Of a DNA stretch of 64,000 nt, positions 56,198-64,000 are shown in pieces; the first letter of the stretch is position 1, and each line of letters starts with the position of its first letter. Source of the stretch: Clostridia bacterium (GTDB taxonomy: Bacteria > Bacillota > Clostridia > HGM11327); the NCBI GenBank assembly GCA_045627045.1, contig JAZQMY010000024.1:18408-82407 (forward strand). The letters are read 5' to 3'. The notes beneath the pieces were generated by a model. That model was given only the letters and a program-made list of their open reading frames with translations, was not told the DNA's origin and made no database searches. A program made the translations under genes and the position numbers.

Positions 56198-57135
56198 TTT
56201 TTATTCTCCGTGTCAGTATTGTTTATGTTTCTTTCGTAGAATACTCCGTCCGAGTATCCCTGTATTCTTTTTTCTTTATCTGCCGCAATGAGCCTCTTTT
56301 CGGCAAGACAGCAGTATTCCTTTTCACGCTCAATGCCCGTAAAGCATCTGTTCAGCTTCTTTGCGGTGACTACGAATGTGCCAGAGCCCATGAACGGATC
56401 AAGCACCGTGTCATTCTCGTTGCTGGATGCAAGGATCAGCTTTGCCGCAAGTTTTTCAGGTTTCTGGGTAGGGTGAGGCGTATTCTCCGGCATAGACCAG
56501 AACGGAACAGACACATCATCCCAAAGGTTTGACGGGTAAGTATCCCTGAATTTGCCCTTTTCCGTCTCGAGCCAGTCCTTCGGCGCTCCGTTTTCATCCT
56601 TGTATGGGGCAATCACACGTTTTCTCTGCATTACCCTCTCAGGCTCAAAGCAGAATTTATCCGACACAGTAGCATACCAGATGTCTTCACTAACATTCTT
56701 CCAGTTTGTTCTGCTGCCTCTGCCCTTTTCCCTCTGCCATGTTATACGGTTTCTCACCGAAAAGCATTCCGAAAGCACCTCTCCCACAATGATGCTTGTG
56801 CACCAGTCACAGCACACATAAATCGAGGCAGTCTCCTTGAGGGTATGCCTGAGCGCATTTAGCCATGAAAAAGTAAAATCTCTGTACTCTTCTGCCGAGG
56901 ATTTGCGAAAAACAGTCTCCCCGAAGGTTTTTGTCATGTTGTAAGGGGGATCGACTATCAGAAGATCAACAAAGCCATCGGGAAGCTTTCCTGCCGCATG
57001 GAACACATCATCATATATAACGATGTTTCTTGCCTCATCTTCCGAAATTGCTTTTTCTGGTGTGATGCAGTTTGCAAGCAGTGTATTCTCTTCACACGGT
57101 GAGACCGTGATGGTTTTATTTCTCTGCGAAGGCAC
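56194..57135 (-). CDS. beta-class DNA methyltransferase (N6-adenine or N4-cytosine type), with no restriction enzyme gene visible nearby
   Basis: 313 aa. Motif IV DPPY (LLIVDPPYN) precedes motif I (LDPFMGSGTF), giving the beta-class order. It overlaps the downstream GGDEF-like gene by 4 nt. Confidence 0.8.
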   Translation of the reverse strand: MPSQRNKTITVSPCEENTLLANCITPEKAISEDEARNIVIYDDVFHAAGKLPDGFVDLLIVDPPYNMTKTFGETVFRKSSAEEYRDFTFSWLNALRHTLKETASIYVCCDWCTSIIVGEVLSECFSVRNRITWQREKGRGSRTNWKNVSEDIWYATVSDKFCFEPERVMQRKRVIAPYKDENGAPKDWLETEKGKFRDTYPSNLWDDVSVPFWSMPENTPHPTQKPEKLAAKLILASSNENDTVLDPFMGSGTFVVTAKKLNRCFTGIEREKEYCCLAEKRLIAADKEKRIQGYSDGVFYERNINNTDTENKK

Positions 57136-57409
57136 TTCGATTCCTCTTTCCTGATAACAGATAAGTTTACTTATATAATATTATACTTCAAAGATGGGAA
57201 AATTTCAATAGGAAACAGAAGAATATTTGTGAGTGATCTGTTTTTTGGCCGCTGCCAGAACCCGCAAGGGATTGCATCCCTTGACCCGAAATCTGTTTCG
57301 CAGCGCTTCAAGTGAAAAAGAAGCAAAAAAGAAAATCTCCGAGGCTACCACAGCCAAGGTGATTTTCTTGAGTTGCACCATTATTTTTTGTTTTGCTTTT
57401 GATGGAGGT

Positions 57410-57446
57410 GTGGGGGAAGGATTTTCTCAGAAAATCCTTCCCCCAC
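57410..57446. other. perfect 16-bp stem / 5-nt loop hairpin between ftsH and the methyltransferase gene
   Basis: GTGGGGGAAGGATTTT-ctcag-AAAATCCTTCCCCCAC. It has no adjacent U-tract on either strand. Confidence 0.5.
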
Positions 57447-57468
57447 AAAAACTCCGCTTTCCCAAAAA

Positions 57469-59358
57469 TTATTCTTTCACAGTCTCAGGAGCCTCAAACA
57501 TATGTCTGAACTCTTCGCCTGTGATCTTTTCCTTCTCTATGAGCATTCCTGCCACTGCATGGAGCTTATCAAGATTATCCGTGAGGATCTTCTCTGCATC
57601 CTTGTAGCACTGCTCAACTATTGCCTTTACCTCATCATCTATTCTTGCCGCAGTAGCCTCGCTGTAAGGCTTTGTGGTGCCGAGTGATCTGCCGATAAAT
57701 ACCTCATGATCCTCATCCGAGTAGTTGATCGGGCCGAGCTCACTGCTCATACCGAACTTGGTAACCATTGCTCTTGCAACATTTGTTGCCTGAATGATAT
57801 CGCCGTAAGCACCTGTGCCGTAATCGTTGAAAATGAGTGTTTCTGCAATTCTGCCGCCCATGCAGACCTTGATTCTGTCTATGAGCTGGGCTCTTGTTGT
57901 ATAATCCTCATCGTCCTCAGGAAGCTGAAGCGTATAGCCGCCTGCCTTGCCTCTCGGTACGATCGAAATTTCATTTACAGGATCTGTGTTTTCGCAGAAT
58001 CTTGCAACGATTGCATGGCCTGCCTCATGGTAAGCCGTAAGCTTCTTATCCTTCTCGGTCACTCTGTGGCTCTTCTTTTCAGGTCCGATCTCAACACGCT
58101 TGATAGCTTCTGTTATCTCTGACATGGAGATGACCTTCTTGCCGCTTCTTGCCGCAAGAATCGCCGCCTCGTTCATTATGTTCTCAATGTCTGCAGGAGT
58201 GAATCCAGGAGTCATCTTTGCGAGAACGGAAAGATCGATAGTGCTGTCAAGAGGCTTATTCTTTGAGTGGATCTTGAATATCTTCTCTCTTGCTCCGACA
58301 TCGGGAGTTCCTACGTAAACAGTTCTGTCGAAACGTCCCGGACGAGTGAGCGCCGGATCGAGAATATCTGCACGGTTTGTTGCCGCAATCACGATAAGAC
58401 CGGAATTGACCGTAAAGCCGTCCATTTCAACGAGAAGCTGGTTGAGTGTCTGCTCTCTTTCATCGTGACCGCCGCCGAGACCTGTTCCTCTCTGACGTCC
58501 TACTGCATCGATTTCATCGATAAATATGATGCACGGGAGAAGTCTCTTTGCCTGTGCAAAAAGATCTCTTACACGGGAAGCACCTACACCAACGAACATC
58601 TCAACGAAGTCTGAACCGCTTATCGAAAGGAACGGAACACCGGCTTCACCGGCAACAGCCTTCGCAATATATGTTTTACCTGTACCAGGCTGACCTACGA
58701 GAAGTACGCCCTTAGGTATTCTTGCGCCGAGAGCTTCAAACTTCTGTCTGTCCTTGAGGAACTCAACGATTTCAATAAGCTCCTGCTTTTCTTCCTCTGC
58801 GCCTGCAACGTCTGCAAAAGTAACCTTCTTCTGTGTTGAATCATAACGCACAGCACGGCTCTTGCTGAATGACATTGCCTTTCCGCCTGCATCGCCTGCC
58901 TGACGGCGGATAATCATGAACGCCGCAACCATCATTATGATGAGAAGCAGGTAAGGAATATACATTACCCACCATGGAAGTGATTCCGGCTCCTCCGGAA
59001 GAATCGCAAAGTTGAAATCAGTTGAAGATATCTCCTCTGCTGCTTTTCCCGTAAGACGTGCCGTAATTACTACAGCATCATTATAGAAAATGCTGTATGA
59101 CGGGATTGATGCCTCAAAATCATACTTATCCGGGAAGAACGGTTCATTTTTTGAATCCGCATACAGACCGTAAACATAAACCTCACCGTTTATCGTTCTG
59201 ATCTTTGCCACTTCACCGGCTTCGATTTTTTCAAGGAGTGTCGAGTAGTCGAGTTTTTCGGGCTTAGCCGTCGACATTCCTGACACTGAAATTGATATGA
59301 TGAGCACGAGCACAACAAGCAATATTATGAAACCCGGCCCCTTAAGAAAATTTTTCAA
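57469..59358 (-). CDS. ftsH: ATP-dependent zinc metalloprotease FtsH
   Basis: 629 aa. N-terminal TM, Walker A (GQPGTGKT) and zinc site (HEAGHAIV). Confidence 0.9.
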   Translation of the reverse strand: MKNFLKGPGFIILLVVLVLIISISVSGMSTAKPEKLDYSTLLEKIEAGEVAKIRTINGEVYVYGLYADSKNEPFFPDKYDFEASIPSYSIFYNDAVVITARLTGKAAEEISSTDFNFAILPEEPESLPWWVMYIPYLLLIIMMVAAFMIIRRQAGDAGGKAMSFSKSRAVRYDSTQKKVTFADVAGAEEEKQELIEIVEFLKDRQKFEALGARIPKGVLLVGQPGTGKTYIAKAVAGEAGVPFLSISGSDFVEMFVGVGASRVRDLFAQAKRLLPCIIFIDEIDAVGRQRGTGLGGGHDEREQTLNQLLVEMDGFTVNSGLIVIAATNRADILDPALTRPGRFDRTVYVGTPDVGAREKIFKIHSKNKPLDSTIDLSVLAKMTPGFTPADIENIMNEAAILAARSGKKVISMSEITEAIKRVEIGPEKKSHRVTEKDKKLTAYHEAGHAIVARFCENTDPVNEISIVPRGKAGGYTLQLPEDDEDYTTRAQLIDRIKVCMGGRIAETLIFNDYGTGAYGDIIQATNVARAMVTKFGMSSELGPINYSDEDHEVFIGRSLGTTKPYSEATAARIDDEVKAIVEQCYKDAEKILTDNLDKLHAVAGMLIEKEKITGEEFRHMFEAPETVKE

Positions 59359-59389
59359 TATGAATTATTCCTTTCTTTTTAAATTTGGA

Positions 59390-59926
59390 TCAGATAAGCT
59401 CAGGCTTGATAATACAGATGTTCTTAAGATTTCTGTACTTTTCAGCATAATCAAGTCCGTAGCCGATGATGAATGCATCAGGTATCTCAAAGCCTACGTA
59501 ATCTACCTTGATATCTGTCTTTCTTCTGCCGACCTTATCAATGAGTGTAACGATCTTTACGCTTCTCGGATTTCTCTTGAGGAGAACATCCTTGATGTAT
59601 GAAAGTGTAAGTCCTGTATCAACTATGTCCTCAACAATAAGAACATCATAGTCCTCAATGCTCTTATTGAGATCCTTTATAATCTTTACTACGCCTGATG
59701 TAGATGTAGAATTACCGTAGCTTGACACAACCATAAAATCGATCTGAACAAGCTTATCGATTTCTCTTGACAAATCTGTCATGAAATAAACACAACCATT
59801 GAGAATGCCGACAAGAAGAAGCTTTTTGTCCTCATAGTCTTTAGTTATCTGCTGACCGAGTTCCTTAATTCTTGCCTGAATCTGTTCTTCTGTAATAAGA
59901 ACTTTTCCGTATCTGCTGTCATCCAT
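59390..59926 (-). CDS. hpt: hypoxanthine phosphoribosyltransferase
   Basis: 178 aa. PRPP-binding motif VLIVEDIVDTGLT. Confidence 0.9.
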   Translation of the reverse strand: MDDSRYGKVLITEEQIQARIKELGQQITKDYEDKKLLLVGILNGCVYFMTDLSREIDKLVQIDFMVVSSYGNSTSTSGVVKIIKDLNKSIEDYDVLIVEDIVDTGLTLSYIKDVLLKRNPRSVKIVTLIDKVGRRKTDIKVDYVGFEIPDAFIIGYGLDYAEKYRNLKNICIIKPELI

Positions 59927-59997
59927 AAAAACCTCCCGATCCGTTCAGCGGATCTCCTTTGTATGTATTATTATATAATATTTGTTTAAATAAACAG

Positions 59998-61383
59998 TTA
60001 TTTTTCTATGTGTAATTTGTAAATATTTTCTGTCTTTTGTGTGATTCTATTGTTTTCGCTGAGTGCATTGCCAGAAATCCACACTATATCATTGCCAGAA
60101 ACCACGATCGGAATATTGTTTCTGATCGAAACATCAATCTTTTTGTCTATGAAGAAATCCTTGAGTTTCTTGCTTCCCTTCATTCCGAAAGGACGGAATC
60201 TGTCTCCGGGGCGTCTGTTCCTGACCTTCATCGGAAGCGTTACACTTCCTGCATCAATGAAAACAGTATCTGCACCCGATTTCTCATATTTCGTTGACAC
60301 CGTCAGTGAGACCGTTTCTCCTGTTTCGCTCACAAAAACGCTTTTGTCCACGTCAAGCTCGTATTCGTAATCATCCTCTGCCACAGCCTTCTGTTCGTTC
60401 TCAAAAAGCACGCCCGACTGTATCACACGGATTCTGCAAAGGCTTATCTTCTGCTCTGCTCCTGATTCCGATTCCTCTATCATTCTTATGGCACTGTCTA
60501 TATGCACCATATGAACATCCTTGAGCGGAATTTCAAGCTCCTCAAGGATAAATCTTAAAAGTCTCCTTTTTATTGCGATATGAAGCTTGTTGAAGCCCTC
60601 ACGCTCTGCAAGGATCCTGCCCTGTGACCTCTTTGTCAGCTTGCGGAAGTATCTCCCCGTCTCCTCACGCATATAATCATCATCCTCACGGCAAAGCGCC
60701 GAAAGTCTCATAATCGCCGAGTCAATGGATGCATTGTAGTTTTCTCTCAGATAAGGGATAAGCTCCAGACGGATCTTATTTCTCGTGTAAAGAGGTTCAA
60801 AGTTCGTCTTATCCGTGCACCATTCCACGCCTTCGGATGTAAGGTACTCTTCGATCTCTTTCTTTTCTGTTTCAATGAGCGGTCTGATGTATTTTCCACG
60901 CACCGGGTGTATGCCCGAAAGACCTGTTGTTCCGCTGCCTCTGAGTATATTGTGAATAACCGTCTCGCAATTATCGTTTGCATGATGTGCAGTGGCTATC
61001 CTTGATGCAGATATCTCCTCTGCGACCTTTTCAAATGCCTCGTAGCGCAGCTTTCTGCCGGCCTCCTCTGATGAAAGACCGTTTTCCTCTGCATACGCAG
61101 GAACATCAAAAACGAACGCCCTGCACTCAACATCAAGTTTCATGCAAAGCTCCTCAACAAAATGCTGATCGCTGTCGGCATCGTCGCCTCTGATGGAATG
61201 ATTCACGTGGACCGCATATAGTGTCAATGCAAGCTCTTCCCTCAATCCGCACAATGTCATCAGAAGCGCAACACTGTCAGCTCCACCGGAAACGCCTACA
61301 ACTACAACATCCCCGTGGCGGAGCATATCATATTTTTTTACTGTTTCAAGTGCTGACTTAATCATTTTCTCTCCCGATAACAC
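59998..61383 (-). CDS. tilS: tRNA(Ile)-lysidine synthetase
   Basis: PP-loop VVVGVSGGADS. It sits in the conserved tilS-hpt-ftsH order. The start may be MIKSALETV (61365). Confidence 0.85.
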   Translation of the reverse strand: MLSGEKMIKSALETVKKYDMLRHGDVVVVGVSGGADSVALLMTLCGLREELALTLYAVHVNHSIRGDDADSDQHFVEELCMKLDVECRAFVFDVPAYAEENGLSSEEAGRKLRYEAFEKVAEEISASRIATAHHANDNCETVIHNILRGSGTTGLSGIHPVRGKYIRPLIETEKKEIEEYLTSEGVEWCTDKTNFEPLYTRNKIRLELIPYLRENYNASIDSAIMRLSALCREDDDYMREETGRYFRKLTKRSQGRILAEREGFNKLHIAIKRRLLRFILEELEIPLKDVHMVHIDSAIRMIEESESGAEQKISLCRIRVIQSGVLFENEQKAVAEDDYEYELDVDKSVFVSETGETVSLTVSTKYEKSGADTVFIDAGSVTLPMKVRNRRPGDRFRPFGMKGSKKLKDFFIDKKIDVSIRNNIPIVVSGNDIVWISGNALSENNRITQKTENIYKLHIEK

Positions 61384-61508
61384 AGAAAATATATTATTTC
61401 ATTGTGATATTATACCATATACTCAGTCAAAATACAATATAAAAATTTGATTTAATATGTAGAAAATAAAAACAAATTATGAATATTTCTTCACTTTCCG
61501 TTAATAAC

Positions 61509-61541
61509 GAAAAAGCCGCCGCAGAAGAGTCCCGCGGCAGC
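61509..61541 (-). terminator. terminator of the GH127 gene
   Basis: On the minus strand the stem GCUGCCGC/GCGGCGGC (one G-U pair) is followed by TTTTTCG. Confidence 0.5.
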
Positions 61542-61568
61542 CCTATAAAGTTCATTTTTTCTGAAAGA

Positions 61569-63419
61569 TCAGATAAAACTTGATTTCTTCTCTATCATTG
61601 TCCATATCTGCATTGATGTAACGCCTCTGTTGGCAATCGCATAATACGGTATGAATGTTGCCTTGATGGGCATAAGAGAATCGTGTGCTTCAGAGTAGAG
61701 AGGCCGGTCATCCTCGATACGTCTTCTGAAAGCCTTGGCAGTGAGTGTCGGAACAGAAAGCTCCTTGTTTCTTTCTTCCTTGAACTTTACCTTGCCCTTC
61801 TTATCAGCCGCAAGTCTTACGTCTCTGAGGTTCTCGATGTTGTCCACACCTTCCATGCAATATACAACAGGTCCTCTCATTACGGCATATCTGCCGCAAT
61901 CGAATACGAGCTCTGGTCTTGCTTCGATAAGCTTTGCTTCCATTCTGAAGTTGAATTCCTTTGTTTCTCCGCTCTTTACGTCAAAGTATGCATAGCCCTT
62001 CTTCGTCTCTCCCGGATATTCGGCAATAGCCCACCACGGTATTCTTACTGCAAGTCTTATATCTGCTCCGTCAACTGTAATCTTTATCTTACCGTCTTCA
62101 GGGTAGTTTGTCTTCTGCTTGATTTTAATCTTCTGTCCTGCAACTTCAAACTCGGATTCACTCTCCATGAACTGGTGAACGTAAACCGTGTTGTCATCAG
62201 TTGTGTAAAGAAGGTTTGCGATTGAAGGAATGAATCTTACGATATTCGGAGGGCAACATGAGCATCCGAATACTTCGGATCTCTCCATTGCCGACCACGT
62301 TACGCTTCTGCCGTACTTTGCTTCTCTTGTGTGGAGGTAAGGAATTATCTCCTGCGGGTTCTCATAGAAGAAAGCCTTGCCGTCAAGTGAAGTTGATGAC
62401 ATGAACGCATTATAGATGATTCTTTCTATCGTATCTGAATATCTTGAATCAGCCTCAAACTTGAGCATTCTTGTTGCAAAGAACACGAGTCCGATATCAG
62501 CGCACGTCTCGCAGTATGAGAGGAGGTTTGAAAGGTCATAATTCTCGGAGAATGCCTCGTTGCATCTTGTGGAGCCTACGCCGCCTGTGATATACATCTT
62601 CTTTGTGATAATATTATCGAATATCTTCTCGCAGGCATTTCTGAAGCTTTCCGTTCCTGATTCAAATGCAACATCTGCCATACCTGAATACATATAAACG
62701 GCTCTTACTGCGTGTCCATATGCCTCGACCTGATCTCTTACAGGAGCATATGACTGGTTTGCATAGCAATTTGTTCTTACGTCCTCGGGAGTCTCATTCG
62801 TTGCTCTCTCATCAAGAAAGAACTTGGAGAGGTCAAGATATCTCTTTTCACCTGTGCATCTGTAAAGCTTGACAAGTGCAAGCTCTATCTCCTGGTGTCC
62901 CGGTGTTCTCATCGGCGTATCTTGGTCTATCTTGAATCTCTTCTCGATATAATCAGCAAATCTGCACATTGCATCAAGGAACTTTCTCTTTCCCGTTGCT
63001 TCGTAATATGCTACTGCGGCTTCAATGAGGTGTCCTGCCGTGTAAAGCTCGTGAAGGTCTCTATGGCAGAAAACCTGATCCTGATCAGCTGTGAGGAAGT
63101 GAGAATTGTAGTAGCCCTCTTCCGTCTGATTCTGAACAATAAGGTCAACCACGTCATCTACGATTTTCTCGAGCTGTGGCTCCTGCTTTATCTTTGTAAG
63201 ATAGCTTACGCCTTCTATCCACTTCGCTACATCTGAATCCCAAAAAACATGAGGTTGGTTCAGCATTCCCGGTTGCCAGTCGCACCTGAAGGCATCAAAT
63301 CTTCCTGTTTCCTTGAATCTGTTGTAAACAGCATGAACTGTTGTTTCACGGAGCATATCCTGCTTTTCTTTCCAGAATCCGCCCGTTATTCTTGTTTTAG
63401 AAAAATCTACTGTCTGCAT
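61569..63419 (-). CDS. GH127 family beta-L-arabinofuranosidase (HypBA1-like, DUF1680)
   Basis: 616 aa. The cysteine cluster CSCCPPN and a separate upstream Cys, typical of the GH127 Zn-Cys3 site. The (alpha/alpha)6 N-domain pattern is present. Confidence 0.8.
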   Translation of the reverse strand: MQTVDFSKTRITGGFWKEKQDMLRETTVHAVYNRFKETGRFDAFRCDWQPGMLNQPHVFWDSDVAKWIEGVSYLTKIKQEPQLEKIVDDVVDLIVQNQTEEGYYNSHFLTADQDQVFCHRDLHELYTAGHLIEAAVAYYEATGKRKFLDAMCRFADYIEKRFKIDQDTPMRTPGHQEIELALVKLYRCTGEKRYLDLSKFFLDERATNETPEDVRTNCYANQSYAPVRDQVEAYGHAVRAVYMYSGMADVAFESGTESFRNACEKIFDNIITKKMYITGGVGSTRCNEAFSENYDLSNLLSYCETCADIGLVFFATRMLKFEADSRYSDTIERIIYNAFMSSTSLDGKAFFYENPQEIIPYLHTREAKYGRSVTWSAMERSEVFGCSCCPPNIVRFIPSIANLLYTTDDNTVYVHQFMESESEFEVAGQKIKIKQKTNYPEDGKIKITVDGADIRLAVRIPWWAIAEYPGETKKGYAYFDVKSGETKEFNFRMEAKLIEARPELVFDCGRYAVMRGPVVYCMEGVDNIENLRDVRLAADKKGKVKFKEERNKELSVPTLTAKAFRRRIEDDRPLYSEAHDSLMPIKATFIPYYAIANRGVTSMQIWTMIEKKSSFI

Positions 63420-63463
63420 AATTGACCCTTTCTTTATGTATTATTATCCGTATAACGGATTTA

Positions 63464-64000
63464 TCAGTCCTTGATCACTTCGTTGAAAAGAACTCCGAGT
63501 CTTCTGATACCCTCTCTGATCTTTTCATCGTTCATTGTTGAATAGTTGAGACGAAGAGATGAGCACTTCTTATCCATATCAACCATAAACGTATTGCCCG
63601 GAACGTAAACGACCTTATTCTCTGCCGCTCTCTTTGATATGGCAAGTGTGTCTACATCATGTCCGAGGTCGCACCAGATGAAGAGTCCGCCGCCCGGTCT
63701 TGTGTATGTAATGTTCTTCGGGAAATATTCAGCCATTGCATCGAGCATCGTCTTGCACTTGTGTGCATAGTTTGCTCTCATCTTCACGATAAGCTCATCA
63801 ATGTTGTGTCTTCTCATATATTCGTCTGCAAGAAGCTGTGTGAGCATTGGTGTGTGAACATCAGATACCTGCTTTGCAATGACCATCTTCTGAATGATCG
63901 ACTTATCTGCAACCGCATAGCCGATACGGAGTCCCGGAGCGAGTATTTTTGAATATGAGCCACTGTAAATTACTGTTCCGCATTCATCCATTGACTTGAT
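63464..64000 (-). CDS. class I/II PLP-dependent aminotransferase, C-terminal part only (the gene continues beyond the window end)
   Basis: The PLP-lysine motif SYSKILAPGLRIGY is present. The ORF stays open to the window edge, so the M at 63991 is an internal Met. Confidence 0.6.
   Translation of the reverse strand: MKSMDECGTVIYSGSYSKILAPGLRIGYAVADKSIIQKMVIAKQVSDVHTPMLTQLLADEYMRRHNIDELIVKMRANYAHKCKTMLDAMAEYFPKNITYTRPGGGLFIWCDLGHDVDTLAISKRAAENKVVYVPGNTFMVDMDKKCSSLRLNYSTMNDEKIREGIRRLGVLFNEVIKD

Noticed and set aside
61683-62225. 180-aa plus-strand ORF
   Set aside because: It is antisense within the GH127 gene.
1-64000. Mobile elements, prophage, tRNA or rRNA genes
   Set aside because: I saw no transposase, integrase, recombinase or phage structural ORFs, and no tRNA-like T-arm or acceptor-stem patterns. 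The only hint of horizontal acquisition is the compositional AT-rich islet at about 54.1-57.1 kb.

Overview
This 64-kb window looks like a low-GC Firmicutes (Clostridia-type) chromosome region with roughly 90% coding density, most genes on the minus strand. I found no rRNA, tRNA, CRISPR array, transposase or integrase. The housekeeping content is a seven-gene arginine biosynthesis operon (argG-argH-argC-argJ-argB-argD-argF), a divergent galK-galE / galT Leloir cluster, the conserved tilS-hpt-ftsH block, hpf, an FMN riboswitch in front of a RibU-like ECF S component, and a large fused ABC ATPase/FtsX permease. The accessory content is: (i) a tightly spaced glycan-utilisation cluster with two tandem GH38 alpha-mannosidases, a 2-hydroxyacid dehydrogenase, a TIM-barrel sugar-phosphate isomerase and two paralogous GH16 lipoproteins; (ii) an isolated ATP-grasp (sugar-transfer-associated type) gene next to a hexapeptide acetyltransferase gene, each with a near-consensus sigma-A promoter; (iii) a translationally coupled three-gene operon encoding a GH5_2 endoglucanase, a cellulose-synthase-like GT2 that has the BcsA motifs but no PilZ domain, and a 1451-aa BspA-type leucine-rich-repeat surface protein with a C-terminal membrane anchor. 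This last operon is the most interesting candidate in the window: a c-di-GMP-independent beta-glucan or cellulose synthesis and display system with a novel partner in the BcsB position. (iv) An AT-rich islet beside ftsH carrying an apparently orphan beta-class DNA methyltransferase translationally coupled to a membrane protein with a degenerate GGDEF domain (EEDCI instead of GGDEF) and a small protein, followed by a small metzincin-motif secreted protein and a lipoprotein. The intergenic regions contain many clean TTGACA-17-TATAAT promoters and intrinsic terminators, and a repeat-dense convergent intergenic region after galT.
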